A DNA stretch of 61,317 nt from Thermoplasmata archaeon (GTDB taxonomy: Archaea; Thermoplasmatota; Thermoplasmata; RBG-16-68-12; JAFNFQ01). Made by a program: the position numbers and the translations under genes. The notes beneath the pieces are model-generated. The model was not told the DNA's origin and made no database searches. It worked only from the letters and a program-made list of their open reading frames with translations. The stretch spans positions 1 to 61,317 of the forward strand of contig JBGPQV010000017.1 of NCBI GenBank assembly GCA_041489255.1. Direction: 5' to 3'. Of the stretch, positions 18,811 through 29,055 are shown piece after piece; the first letter of the stretch is position 1; each line of letters starts with the position of its first letter.

Positions 18811-19369
18811 TCGGAGCCACCTCCACCGTCATTATCCCCGGCCAGAACTGGCGGAGGAGCGTCGTCCCGGAATATCCGTATGACACGGCCAGACCATAGA
18901 GGATGACCGTGTAGTTGCCGTTGGCGTTCAAATGGTTCATCATGGAGGAATCGGCGGCGGGCACGCGCATCGCGTATGATCGTATCAGCTTCCCGCCAGG
19001 ATCTATCAGGGGCCCCGCGTCACCCAGGCTCTCTGCGGCCTCTCCGATTTTCTCTGAGGTCAAACGCACCTCATCGTAGGGGTTTCCCTGCGCGCCATTG
19101 TCTATCGCGATCTCGAAGCTGAACGCCCTGAGGCGTATGGGCACCATCGCCGGGTTCTCGAAGCGGAAGCTGCAAATAATCGAGTAGTCCCGGACACTTG
19201 CATATCTCGGTATCCGGACCTCGTTCACATAGATGCTTGAAGGGAATTTCTGATCGGCCTCGGTGTAGAGGACCATGTTCGAGAGGGACTGGACGTAGAT
19301 CACTCCGCCGACCACGACGATGACGAGGTAGGCGGTGAGTAACAAGGCTCTAACGCGGTTCATGCGCAA
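18803..19369 (-). CDS. Membrane-anchored LEA_2/WHy-like protein
   Basis: N-terminal TM; FENPAMVPIRLRAFSFEIAIDNG resembles the LEA-2 NPN motif. Confidence 0.6.
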   Translation of the reverse strand: MRMNRVRALLLTAYLVIVVVGGVIYVQSLSNMVLYTEADQKFPSSIYVNEVRIPRYASVRDYSIICSFRFENPAMVPIRLRAFSFEIAIDNGAQGNPYDEVRLTSEKIGEAAESLGDAGPLIDPGGKLIRSYAMRVPAADSSMMNHLNANGNYTVILYGLAVSYGYSGTTLLRQFWPGIMTVEVAPIG

Positions 19370-19372
19370 TCA

Positions 19373-20533
19373 CTAGAACCACTTCATACACACCTGGCAG
19401 CCCTTCATCTGGCTCGCGCAGTCTGTGTGGTATATCTTTGGGCAGTTGCACTGGACAGAGGGCGTCCCCTTCACCACGAGTTTGCCGCATGCGGCGCAAG
19501 TGCCCGACTCCAGGACGATGTCGTCAGGCTTCCTCGTCTTTATCTGTTCCGCGAAATGACACTGGACGAAGTGGCCCGGGGTCACCTCCCTCAGCGGCGG
19601 CTTGATCTCAGAGCAGAGGCCCCGCCTGTAGAGGCACCTGGGGTGGAAGTAGCATCCTGGCGGGATGTCTATCGGGCTCGGCAGCTCCCCGCGTATCTCC
19701 ACGCGCCCGTGCTTGGCCTTCGGGTCTGGTATGGGCACCGCGGAAAGCAGCGCCTCGGTGTACGGGTGCATCGGGTTCTTGATTATGTCCTCCGACGGAG
19801 CGAGCTCGACGATGTTCCCGAGGTACATCACCGCGATCCTGTGCGACATGTACCGCGTGACCGAGACGTCGTGGCTGATGAACATGAACGGGATGTCGTA
19901 CTCGTCTCGCAGCTTGAGCATGAGGTTCATGATCCCCGCGCGTATCGAGACGTCGAGCATGCTCACGGGTTCGTCCGCGACGACGAACTCCGGTCTGAGC
20001 ACGAGGGCGCGGGCGATCGCGACCCTCTGCCTCTGTCCGCCGCTGAGCTCATGAGGGTAGCGGTAGAGGAACTCCTCCGGGGGCTTCAGCTCAGCCGACT
20101 CGAGCGCCCTTGCCGCCATCTCCTCCCTCTCATCGTAGGATTCCCCGATTCCATGCACGACCAGCGGCTCGGACACCGTAGAGTAGACGGTGAACCGGGG
20201 GTTCAGCGACTCGTACGGATCCTGGAATATCATCTGCACCTTCCGCCTGAACTCCTTGAGTTGCCTACCCTCCAGCTTCCCAATGTCGGTGCCGTGGAAC
20301 AGCATCTGCCCGGATGTCGGAGTCTCGAGGCGCGTGAGCAGGCGGCCCGTCGTCGTCTTGCCGCAGCCCGACTCCCCCACCATGCCGACTATCTCGCCCT
20401 TCCTGATGTCGAAGCTGACGCCGTCCACCGCGTGCACGAACCTCTCTGGGGCGAACATCGACCCGAACCCGGCCTTCACAGGGAAGTACTTGACCAGGTT
20501 CTTGACGCTGAAAACGATCGGTTCCTCAGCCAT
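19373..20533 (-). CDS. oppF: Oligopeptide ABC ATPase OppF-like with C-terminal RING-like finger
   Basis: GESGCGKTT, LSGGQRQR, HPYT and GCYFHPRC, plus an extra C2-CxC-H-C-C2 tail. Confidence 0.93.
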   Translation of the reverse strand: MAEEPIVFSVKNLVKYFPVKAGFGSMFAPERFVHAVDGVSFDIRKGEIVGMVGESGCGKTTTGRLLTRLETPTSGQMLFHGTDIGKLEGRQLKEFRRKVQMIFQDPYESLNPRFTVYSTVSEPLVVHGIGESYDEREEMAARALESAELKPPEEFLYRYPHELSGGQRQRVAIARALVLRPEFVVADEPVSMLDVSIRAGIMNLMLKLRDEYDIPFMFISHDVSVTRYMSHRIAVMYLGNIVELAPSEDIIKNPMHPYTEALLSAVPIPDPKAKHGRVEIRGELPSPIDIPPGCYFHPRCLYRRGLCSEIKPPLREVTPGHFVQCHFAEQIKTRKPDDIVLESGTCAACGKLVVKGTPSVQCNCPKIYHTDCASQMKGCQVCMKWF

Positions 20534-20534
20534 C

Positions 20535-21938
20535 CTAGGTCACCTCCCTCAGCTTGCCGGCGTAGACCTCGTTCGCGAAGTGGCAGTACGACCAGTGGTT
20601 TGGCGCGACCTTGACCGTCGGCGGCTCGGCCTGCGCGCATATGTCCTTGGTGAACGGGCATCGCGGGTTGAACGAGCAGCCGGTCGGCGGATTCATCAGG
20701 TCCGGCGGCGATCCCGGTATGGACTTCAGCTTCTTCCTCGCACCCTTGATGCTGGGGAACGCCCCCATGAGACCGAGCGTGTAAGGGTTGCCGGGCTTCT
20801 CGAAGATGTCCGCGAGGCTGCCATACTCGAACAGCTTCCCCGCGTACATAATGCCGATCTTCTCAGCCACCTCGGCGACGACCGAGATGTCGTGGGTGAT
20901 GACTATCATGGCGATGCCGAGGGTCCTCTGCAAGTCCCTTATCTCGGCGAGAATCCTGTCCTGCATGATCACGTCAAGGGCGGTCGTCGGCTCGTCTGCG
21001 ATGAGCAGCTTCGGCCCGCAGGCCAGGGCCATCGCGATCATCGAGCGCTGCCTCATCCCGCCGCTGAACTCGTGAGGGTAGCCGTCTATCCTCGACCTGT
21101 CGATTCCGACCATGTCGAAGAGCTTGAGTGTCTTCGCGCGGGTCTCCTTCTTCGTCATGTCCCTGTGGATGACAATGCCGCCGCAGGTCGGACAGAGTAT
21201 CCCTTTCGGGCGCTTGACCTCCGTTCCTTCAGCGAGGTTGACCTTGCATTTCCCGCACCTGTACAGCTGGAACTTGTCCTTGTGGACGAGCAGTGCCTCG
21301 GCGATCTGGTCGCCGATCCTGTACACAGGGTTGAACGCGTTCATGGCGCTCTGGAAGATCATCGAGACCTTCCACCACCTGATGGCCCTGAGCTCCTTGT
21401 CCGCCATGCGCTGCCTGCGCCTGTGGCGCCTGATACCCGCGCCGCCCTTGACCAGCTTGCCGACCACCTTTCCGAGCTTCTGCTTGAGCTCCTCAGATTC
21501 ATTGTCCGCGCCGGGCTGGCCGAGGATTGCCGTGAGCTGCTCGAGGACCGGGAGATCCATATCTATGAGCGCGTGGAACTCTCCCGTCATCTCCGGGTCT
21601 GCCTTGTGCTCCTCGAGCTCCTTGCTGACTCGCCCGACCATCGACCGAACGTTGACAAGCCAGTTCGCTACCTTGAGCGCCTCGTGCACCTCCATCGCGA
21701 TGTCACCGTGCGCGACAAGCTTGCCCTCGAACTCAATCTCGCCTCCGACTATGCGCCCGTTGCCCGGCAGGAGCTGGGTCACCGCGAACGCGGTGGTCGT
21801 CTTGCCGCAGCCGGACTCGCCCACCAGGCCCATCGTCTCCCCGTGGTCCAGGGTGAACGATACCCCGTCGACGGCCTTCACCGTGCCCTTGAGTATCTGG
21901 AAGTAGACTTTCAGGTTCCTGACATCTAGCATTACCAT
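20535..21938 (-). CDS. oppD: Oligopeptide ABC ATPase OppD-like with two insertions
   Basis: GESGCGKTT, FSGGMRQR and DEPTTALD; a ~100-aa helical insert and a CGKC/CPTC insert. Confidence 0.92.
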   Translation of the reverse strand: MVMLDVRNLKVYFQILKGTVKAVDGVSFTLDHGETMGLVGESGCGKTTTAFAVTQLLPGNGRIVGGEIEFEGKLVAHGDIAMEVHEALKVANWLVNVRSMVGRVSKELEEHKADPEMTGEFHALIDMDLPVLEQLTAILGQPGADNESEELKQKLGKVVGKLVKGGAGIRRHRRRQRMADKELRAIRWWKVSMIFQSAMNAFNPVYRIGDQIAEALLVHKDKFQLYRCGKCKVNLAEGTEVKRPKGILCPTCGGIVIHRDMTKKETRAKTLKLFDMVGIDRSRIDGYPHEFSGGMRQRSMIAMALACGPKLLIADEPTTALDVIMQDRILAEIRDLQRTLGIAMIVITHDISVVAEVAEKIGIMYAGKLFEYGSLADIFEKPGNPYTLGLMGAFPSIKGARKKLKSIPGSPPDLMNPPTGCSFNPRCPFTKDICAQAEPPTVKVAPNHWSYCHFANEVYAGKLREVT

Positions 21939-21939
21939 G

Positions 21940-24237
21940 TTAGCGCTTCCTCAACCTCGGGTTGACGATTTCATCGAAGGCTCTCCCCACGAGGAAGAAG
22001 CCGAGGGAAATGAGAGTGATCGCAATCCCCGGAGGAATCAGCCACCACCAGGCCTTGAGCGCCTGAGACTGCGTGACGTCCTGGAGCATCCGTCCCCAGC
22101 TGACCGTCTGGATGTCCCCGAGGCCAATGAACGAGATCGACGCCTCGGACAGTATCGCGCCGCTGACCGCGAACGTCATATAGAGGAAAGCTAGGGGCAG
22201 GACGTTGGGCAGTATGTGCTTGCCCATGATCCTGGCGTGGCTCGCCCCCGTGACCCTCGCGGACTCGATGAACGGCCTCTCTTTCAGCGACAGCACCTGG
22301 GATCTGATGACTCTGGCGACGCCTGGCCAGCCCACGATCGCTATCACCAGGATCAGGTTGTTCACGCTCGCACCCAGCACGGAAGCCAGGGTGATGATCA
22401 GCGGCAACCCAGGAATGACGAGTATCACGTCCGTGAATCTCATCAGCACCGTGTCGATCTTCCCGCCGAAGTATCCCGCCACCAGCCCCATGGTTGTGCC
22501 AATCGTGATGGAGAACGTCGCCGCCAAGAACCCGACATAGAGGGCGATCCGCGAGCCCCACACCCACTGGCTCCAGATGTCCCGGCCCCTGTTATCGAGT
22601 CCGAGGATGTAGAGGTTCCCGCTCGGGTAGCCCTGCACCCATGAGGGCGGGGCGGGTATCATGTAGAGACCTGTCGTGCTGTAGGCGTACATCGAGCCCG
22701 CCATGGTCCCCATGTACACTTGATCGAGGCCGCGGCTCTCCCCCGTCAGTGCCACCTGGGAACCGAGTATCGCGGAATCGAAGGTCTGCGACCAGCTCGT
22801 TGTGCCATCGTTGTAGTTGAGTGCGAAAAGCGTCCCGACATCGTCCGCAGGGCCCGGCGCGCCCTGATCGTAGTTGCTTGCCACGTAGACGAGCGTCTTG
22901 ATGAATGCGAACGGGTATGATGAGATGTACGTTGCGCCTGGTTTGACATCCTTGAAGACCCAGTTGGGCACAATCGACGGCACAACCGACTCAAACCCAG
23001 ACCCAGCTGTCACATCCATGTAACCAATCGAATACGCATATCCACTGGCTGATCCGACGAGGAGGTTCAACGTCTCGCCGACGAGGAACGGCTGAGTGAG
23101 CTTCTGTGTTTCGACCTGCGTTATCCCAGTGCCCCACCTGATCTGGCGGGACCATGCCTTGTCCCCCCACCAAGGCAGGCTCGTCCCATTGGAGGCGTAC
23201 CTAGCGGTCAGGTTGCCATCATCCATCCCGGCAAAGACGACGGGTTCGAATATCCTCGGCCTGTTGGAAACGAAGTGCACCACGGGAGCGCTGGAGAATT
23301 CGCCGTCTTTCGCCACCTGCCGGCTCCATTTCAGCTGGGGATCTGAAACATTCGTTATATCAATCGCCGTCAGCATGCCGTCTTCGCTCCCGACACAGAT
23401 GTACGGCCTTGTCCTGTTGTTGGTGGTATAGTAGAACACGGGTGAGAAAAGGGGATAGGAACCGGTTCCCTTCATTGGCTGCCCGGCCACATGCACAGGT
23501 TCAGCCGAGACAATGAAGACCGAGGGGCCTATGTGCCCTATGTCCGTGACTTGCCAGAAATACATCCTTCCTGATGAAGAGCTGATGGCGACTAGGTCGT
23601 AGATTGTGTGGTCGGGGCCGTCATCCCCCGAGAAGACGGCGATTCCCGTTACCGATCCGTTCACTACACCAATCAGTTGCGAGGAGGGGGGAGGCTGACC
23701 TGAGTTCTTCTTATCGTTGATGGCGTAGACCGCCCCCGATTGCGTCCCCACGTACACCGTGAAATTGGCCTCACTTGGGTCACTGATCTTGCCCCAGTTG
23801 ACGACTATTGGATCTGCCGATATCGTTGAACCGAATTCGATGTAATTGGTCCAATCTTTCAAGCCGTAGGCTTGGCCTATCGCATATAACCTCGATCCCG
23901 CCGCCACATAGAGCCTGTCGGTGGCAATCCCGAGCGCTTTCGGGACGACGCGGGCTGCCGCCGCATGGGTGATTGGCTGAAATCCGAACTTGTCACTATT
24001 GTTCGAGCCCAGGGGCCAGTACTTCGTGACCTGGACTATGTCCATGTCGGGTGCCCGCCACCAGAGCGGGTCGCGCAGGCCCATGAATGGCGCGGCAAAC
24101 GCGATAAAGATGAACATGATCATTATGCCGAGTCCCAGCAGTCCGATCTTGCTCGCCTTGAAGAGGGTCCAATTCTGTTTGAACAGCTTCCGCCATCCCA
24201 TGACCATGTTCTTGATCCGCTTCTTCATGGCTGCCAT
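21940..24237 (-). CDS. oppC: Oligopeptide ABC permease OppC-like with inserted PQQ-like beta-propeller
   Basis: LGLDNRGRDIWS and the EAA loop FIESARVTGAS; repeated 'YVGT..G.VYA' blades and Trp-docking motifs in the insert. Confidence 0.9.
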   Translation of the reverse strand: MAAMKKRIKNMVMGWRKLFKQNWTLFKASKIGLLGLGIMIMFIFIAFAAPFMGLRDPLWWRAPDMDIVQVTKYWPLGSNNSDKFGFQPITHAAAARVVPKALGIATDRLYVAAGSRLYAIGQAYGLKDWTNYIEFGSTISADPIVVNWGKISDPSEANFTVYVGTQSGAVYAINDKKNSGQPPPSSQLIGVVNGSVTGIAVFSGDDGPDHTIYDLVAISSSSGRMYFWQVTDIGHIGPSVFIVSAEPVHVAGQPMKGTGSYPLFSPVFYYTTNNRTRPYICVGSEDGMLTAIDITNVSDPQLKWSRQVAKDGEFSSAPVVHFVSNRPRIFEPVVFAGMDDGNLTARYASNGTSLPWWGDKAWSRQIRWGTGITQVETQKLTQPFLVGETLNLLVGSASGYAYSIGYMDVTAGSGFESVVPSIVPNWVFKDVKPGATYISSYPFAFIKTLVYVASNYDQGAPGPADDVGTLFALNYNDGTTSWSQTFDSAILGSQVALTGESRGLDQVYMGTMAGSMYAYSTTGLYMIPAPPSWVQGYPSGNLYILGLDNRGRDIWSQWVWGSRIALYVGFLAATFSITIGTTMGLVAGYFGGKIDTVLMRFTDVILVIPGLPLIITLASVLGASVNNLILVIAIVGWPGVARVIRSQVLSLKERPFIESARVTGASHARIMGKHILPNVLPLAFLYMTFAVSGAILSEASISFIGLGDIQTVSWGRMLQDVTQSQALKAWWWLIPPGIAITLISLGFFLVGRAFDEIVNPRLRKR

Positions 24238-24238
24238 T

Positions 24239-25882
24239 CTACAACCTCACTCTTGGATCCAGATACGCGTAGAGGACGTCGGCGAACATGTTCGCGATGA
24301 TCGTCATGATCGCGAGGATGAAGAAAGCCCCCTGGACCGCGGGGAAGTCCTGGGCCAGCGTCCGGCTAACGAGGTAGGAGCCCATGCCGGGCCACGAGAA
24401 CACTGTCTCGGTGAGGACGCCGCCGCTGATGATGAAGCCGATCGAGATCGCTATGGCGGTGACAACCGGCAATAAAGCATTGCGGGCTGCATGCCTGTAG
24501 ATGACCGCACGCTCGGTGAGTCCCTTTGCCTTGGCGGTTGTGATGTAGTCCTCTCCCATGACCTCCAGCATGTTGCTCCTCATCAGGAGGATCGAGCCCG
24601 CCATCCCGATCATCACGAGAGTGACAAGCGGCAGCGCCATGTGCCACGCGACGTCCTTGACATAATCCAGCCCAGTCAAAGGCTGCAAGGAAATCGGGTC
24701 GTAACCGCCCATGCCGCCCAGCGGGCTGATCTTGAGATTGACCGCGAAAATCCAGAGCAGCACCAGGCCCAGCCAGAAAACCGGCATGGCGTAGAAGAAG
24801 AGCGTGACTACTATCGTGCCCAGCTCCAGCTTGCTGCCGCGCCTCCAGGCAATCACCGCCCCGACCAGTATGCCGATGAGGTACTCGACCATCAATGCCG
24901 TGCCGAACAGCAGCAATGTAGGGCCTATGCGCACAGATATCTCGTCGACTATTGGGCGCCCCGTGAGGAACGAACGCCCCAGATTGAACGTGACCATGTC
25001 CACGAAATAGCTTGCGAACTGCTCCAGGATCGACCTCTTCACGATGACATCGGGATGTATGGCCACGACATACTGGACGGCGAGGATCGGCGGGGGATTC
25101 CTCACGCCGACGTTCAGCGAGCCTATTGTGCCGGCTGTCGAGATGACGGAGAGCGAGAAACGGGCGCTGTCGACGTGCGTCTGCGTCGACTGGAACTTGT
25201 TCCCGTCGAGCCGGAACGGGCCGATGGATCCAGGGGAACCTGCATCCCAATCGTTGACCGTGAAGCCTGAACTCATGTCCGTGGAATTCACGCCAGCCAC
25301 GATTGACACCTTGACAACGTATGCGCCAATCCCGGGAGGGGTGTAGTTGACGCTGAACTCTTTCCCAGACCCGGGCTCCATCGTCAAGTTGACAGCAAGA
25401 AGGTTGCCGAGTTCGTCGGAGAAGTTGGCCCACGCCATCGGCGTGGTCAAAGGAGGCCACGTCATGTTGGCGGTTATCTGGACCTGGTCACTGCTGCGGT
25501 ATGCCCAGCTGTCCCTGTCCGTCGTTATCGACAAGATCCTGATGGCCGCGTTGGCCAAGAATGTCTTGGGCTTGGTATGAGAGAAGTAGGTCAGGTTTGA
25601 ATTGCCCGCGCTGTCGTTCAGCCATACGTGGAAGGCGTAAGGGCCCGGCGTACCGGTGTCGAAGCTCGTCTCGAACGCGTGTCCCTCCTGTGGAACTCTC
25701 TTGCACAGCCCGAAGGAGACGCATATCTCGTCCCGCGCCTCCTGCGGCTGTCCTGGGACCGTGAAGAGCCGCGTGGGGTCTCCCGGCATAAGGCGGAATA
25801 TGGCGAAGAGGATCACGAGGAAGACCACTAGCGTGATGAATGTCTGGATTCCCCGCCTCACCAGATACTGCCTCAGCCTCAT
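24239..25882 (-). CDS. oppB: Oligopeptide ABC permease OppB-like with extracellular beta-rich insertion
   Basis: RLMPGDP, NLGRSF, EDYITTAKAKGL, HAARNA and AYLDPRVR. Confidence 0.92.
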   Translation of the reverse strand: MRLRQYLVRRGIQTFITLVVFLVILFAIFRLMPGDPTRLFTVPGQPQEARDEICVSFGLCKRVPQEGHAFETSFDTGTPGPYAFHVWLNDSAGNSNLTYFSHTKPKTFLANAAIRILSITTDRDSWAYRSSDQVQITANMTWPPLTTPMAWANFSDELGNLLAVNLTMEPGSGKEFSVNYTPPGIGAYVVKVSIVAGVNSTDMSSGFTVNDWDAGSPGSIGPFRLDGNKFQSTQTHVDSARFSLSVISTAGTIGSLNVGVRNPPPILAVQYVVAIHPDVIVKRSILEQFASYFVDMVTFNLGRSFLTGRPIVDEISVRIGPTLLLFGTALMVEYLIGILVGAVIAWRRGSKLELGTIVVTLFFYAMPVFWLGLVLLWIFAVNLKISPLGGMGGYDPISLQPLTGLDYVKDVAWHMALPLVTLVMIGMAGSILLMRSNMLEVMGEDYITTAKAKGLTERAVIYRHAARNALLPVVTAIAISIGFIISGGVLTETVFSWPGMGSYLVSRTLAQDFPAVQGAFFILAIMTIIANMFADVLYAYLDPRVRL

Positions 25883-25914
25883 TGGTTGACCCCGGATTGA
25901 ACCGCCGCCGCGTC

Positions 25915-28833
25915 TCAGGCCTTGCGCCTACGGACGATAATGTACACGACCGCAATCATGCAGATGACCCCGATCGTGATTGCGATCTCCAGAACAGGCA
26001 GTCCTCTCGCCGGGCATGTCGAGTCGTTGGGGATCCTGTCGCCGTTCCAGCACGTCTGGTAGAGCTTGACCATGACCACGCCGATGGTGGCCGTCCCGTT
26101 GTAGAAGCCCGGATAGGACGCGTCTATCGTCATCGAGATCGGAGTCTCATCCAGCGGCAGCAAGCTCGCGACAGGGGCGGTGAAGGTTACCTCGCTCATC
26201 TCCGTCGTGGTTCCAGTCACCGGACTCACTCCCGCTGGCGCATCCAGGCTCTGATCGAGCGACGCATTGACCGTGGCGCCCAGCTTCGGGAAGCCGAGGG
26301 GATCCGTGACCTTGATCTGGAAGTGCAGGCTGTCGCCTGCGTTCGCCACGTCCGTGTCGAGCATGCTGATAGTCACCGCCAGGAAGTCGGCGCCGACCGG
26401 GTAGATTGCCACGAGGGAGCTCCTGCCAGCGTCCGGGAAGTCCCAGTATGTGACCGTCGCGGTGATCGTCGCGTTGAGGATGTCAGCGAATGTGTTCGCG
26501 ACCAATGACACCGTCATCTTGCCCGCGATGTTCGTCTTGCCCGTAACGATGTAGTTGGTTGCGGTGCCGTTGTCGAAGTTGCCCGCGTAGTTCGGAGTCA
26601 GCTCGAGCGTGACGTTCGCGTTCTCGACGGGGTTGCCGTTTTGATCTTTCACATTGACCGCGATCAACTTCGTGTCACTCGAGGCGATCGCCGATGGGGC
26701 CTCTATGCCCACAGACAGCCTCTTGTTCGAAGGTGGCTTGATGTTCAGCAGCGACCAATAGTTCCAAATCGTCCCCGATGACGGCATCCAGCCGACGAAA
26801 CGGTCCTGCCTCTGCGCCTCGATGTTCGTCCTGAAGTACAGCACGTCGTACGGCAGCTTCTCCGCCAGGATGCCCTCCGCCCACTGGAACATCTGGACTC
26901 TCTTGTTCTCGTCCAGCTCCTTCCTCGTCTCTTCCAGGATATAGTCCAAGGTCAGGTCGTTGAACCCGCCATAGTTCTGGCCGGACGCCGCATTGGATGA
27001 GTGGAAGAAGCTGTAGAAGTAGTCCGGATCGTTCCCGCCGATCCTCCAGCCGAGGATGTACATGTCGAAGTCGTGGGCGTTGATCAGCGAGGTGATCGCA
27101 CTGAATGCGGACGGCTTCGCCTTGACGTTGATGCCGATCTTGTTCATCTCGTTCGCGATCATCGTGCAGGAGTTCGCTCTGACGGGGTCGTAGTCGGCGT
27201 TGGGGCACCAGAGGAAGAACTCATCCGTGCCCTTGCCGGGCAGGATGTATTTTTGGGTGCTTGGGTCCTTGGTGTACCATGTTGCGGCCTCTAATCCGCC
27301 ACCGTTGTTCGATAGCCAGACCGCGTCCTGATGCGCCAAGTCCATCTCGGCCAGGGCCTGCGCCACGCTGAAGTCGTATCCCGTCAGTGACGCGTTATAG
27401 AACCTGACGTTCTGCGGGCTCAGCGGCACGACGCCCGGGACTCCGTATCCCTGGAGGAAGTCCTTGACGATCTTGGGTTTGTCGATCAAGTGGGCGATCG
27501 CCCTCCTGAAGTGCAGTCCCGTGTCGAACTGGTCGATCTGCCCGTAGTGCCATGCCCCTATCGCGGGGCGCCTCATGTTGTAGGCGAGGTAGAAGAATCC
27601 GGGCTCAGGCCTGCTCCAGATGCGTATGTTCGGGTTGTTGATCAGGTCAGGCACGTATTCGGGCGCGACGCTCCAGTGATAGTAGTCGATCGCGCCAGAT
27701 TGGAGCGCGAGGATGCCCAATACTCCGCTGGCGTAGACATTGGTGAGGATGCCGTCGATGTAGGGCTGGTGGATGTACTCGGCAACGAACGGGTCTATCA
27801 TCGTGCCGGTCTTCTCGTCCTTGCCCGTGAAGAACAGTGTGTTCTTCATCACCAGAGCGACGGCCTGCGTCTCATCGAAGCTCTCGAACCGGAAGGGTCC
27901 GGTTCCGATCACGTCGCCGTCCGTGAGCTGCCACTCCTCCGCGCTGTCAATCAAGGTTGTGTCGGACTTCAGATAAACGTAAGGCTTGTAGGACGTCTCA
28001 GTCGTGGGTATGCCCTGTCCGAACCTTGGGTTGGGCTCGGGGTAGATCGCCTTGCCGAAATCCTCGTGAAGATTATCGACCCTGCATGGGGCGATCAGAG
28101 TGCAATCTGTGGACTTAATGTCGTCTCTGAATCCCCGGTCCTCCCAGACGTGGCGTGGAAACAGCGTGTATCCCGTCAGGGTCGACCTGTAGAAGTTGGC
28201 GAAGGGCTCCTGCAGCTGGAATCTCACGGCGATCCTGAGGCTGGCGTCGCCGACCGTCGGCTCGTTCTGCCAGTTCTTCGTGGTGAGAGTCATGAACAGC
28301 CAGCGGGTCGTGGTGTAGTTGCTGCCCGACTTGCCCGCCTTGTCCATGAGGACCCTGAGGTCGATGTTCGATCTCGGGTTCATGGCCTGCAGCTGATATG
28401 AGAAGAACAGGTCGCCGGGCGTCGCCTGGACACCGTCATGGAAGTAGACTCCGTTGAAGTCGTAGTATGCGATTATGTCCAACGCGCTCGTTGAAGTTTC
28501 CTTCGCGAACTTGCCGTATTCATCCGCGTCGAACACTCCGTTCTGATCCGCGTCCACGCCCTTTACGATGTAAGGCACCAGCTCGTCGGTGTCGGGCTTC
28601 GCCTGACCTATGCTGTCATACACGCGGCCCAGGACATCAGATGTCCACACGTCGTTCGCAAGCGCGGGCAACGGGTTCCTCGTCTTCATCTTGTCCTGCC
28701 CGCCGACGACCAGTATGATCTGGTCGGCCCTTGTCCCGACATCCGCGGCCTTCACAGGGAAGCCGCTGACGACGAACAGGCCCACTAACACTACTGCCAA
28801 ACACATTGTGCCAAGCGCCGGAGTGGCCTTCAT
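25915..28833 (-). CDS. oppA: Family-5 solute-binding protein with Ig-like domains and C-terminal TM anchor
   Basis: Signal peptide; FHDG, IGTGPF and FRRAIAHLID motifs; VKDQNGNPVENANVT (Big_1-like); terminal TM followed by RRRKA. Confidence 0.9.
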   Translation of the reverse strand: MKATPALGTMCLAVVLVGLFVVSGFPVKAADVGTRADQIILVVGGQDKMKTRNPLPALANDVWTSDVLGRVYDSIGQAKPDTDELVPYIVKGVDADQNGVFDADEYGKFAKETSTSALDIIAYYDFNGVYFHDGVQATPGDLFFSYQLQAMNPRSNIDLRVLMDKAGKSGSNYTTTRWLFMTLTTKNWQNEPTVGDASLRIAVRFQLQEPFANFYRSTLTGYTLFPRHVWEDRGFRDDIKSTDCTLIAPCRVDNLHEDFGKAIYPEPNPRFGQGIPTTETSYKPYVYLKSDTTLIDSAEEWQLTDGDVIGTGPFRFESFDETQAVALVMKNTLFFTGKDEKTGTMIDPFVAEYIHQPYIDGILTNVYASGVLGILALQSGAIDYYHWSVAPEYVPDLINNPNIRIWSRPEPGFFYLAYNMRRPAIGAWHYGQIDQFDTGLHFRRAIAHLIDKPKIVKDFLQGYGVPGVVPLSPQNVRFYNASLTGYDFSVAQALAEMDLAHQDAVWLSNNGGGLEAATWYTKDPSTQKYILPGKGTDEFFLWCPNADYDPVRANSCTMIANEMNKIGINVKAKPSAFSAITSLINAHDFDMYILGWRIGGNDPDYFYSFFHSSNAASGQNYGGFNDLTLDYILEETRKELDENKRVQMFQWAEGILAEKLPYDVLYFRTNIEAQRQDRFVGWMPSSGTIWNYWSLLNIKPPSNKRLSVGIEAPSAIASSDTKLIAVNVKDQNGNPVENANVTLELTPNYAGNFDNGTATNYIVTGKTNIAGKMTVSLVANTFADILNATITATVTYWDFPDAGRSSLVAIYPVGADFLAVTISMLDTDVANAGDSLHFQIKVTDPLGFPKLGATVNASLDQSLDAPAGVSPVTGTTTEMSEVTFTAPVASLLPLDETPISMTIDASYPGFYNGTATIGVVMVKLYQTCWNGDRIPNDSTCPARGLPVLEIAITIGVICMIAVVYIIVRRRKA

Positions 28834-29055
28834 ATTGCTACCTCCTTCCCCACGCTCGAGAGGTCTTGAGCGTGCGATAGTCCGTTCGTACTAAAGGCTT
28901 TCGGAGGACTCATCGAGACTGCATCCGTGCCGAGACTATAAAAGCAGATTTGTGCGGCTTTTTGTGAACTATTTAACTGTTTCCTCGGCAAAAATCGCCG
29001 AATCCAGAGATATATCTAGTCGATAATATATTGAGTCCATTATTATTGCCGCCGC

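Noticed and set aside
21408-21719. Intein in OppD (also checked rtcB, rfcS and lig)
   Set aside because: No C/S start, HN-C/S/T end or LAGLIDADG motifs; the other proteins are of normal length.
19427-21929. Long + strand ORFs opposite oppD/oppF (and similar antisense ORFs elsewhere)
   Set aside because: Shadow ORFs produced by high GC3; they carry no motifs.
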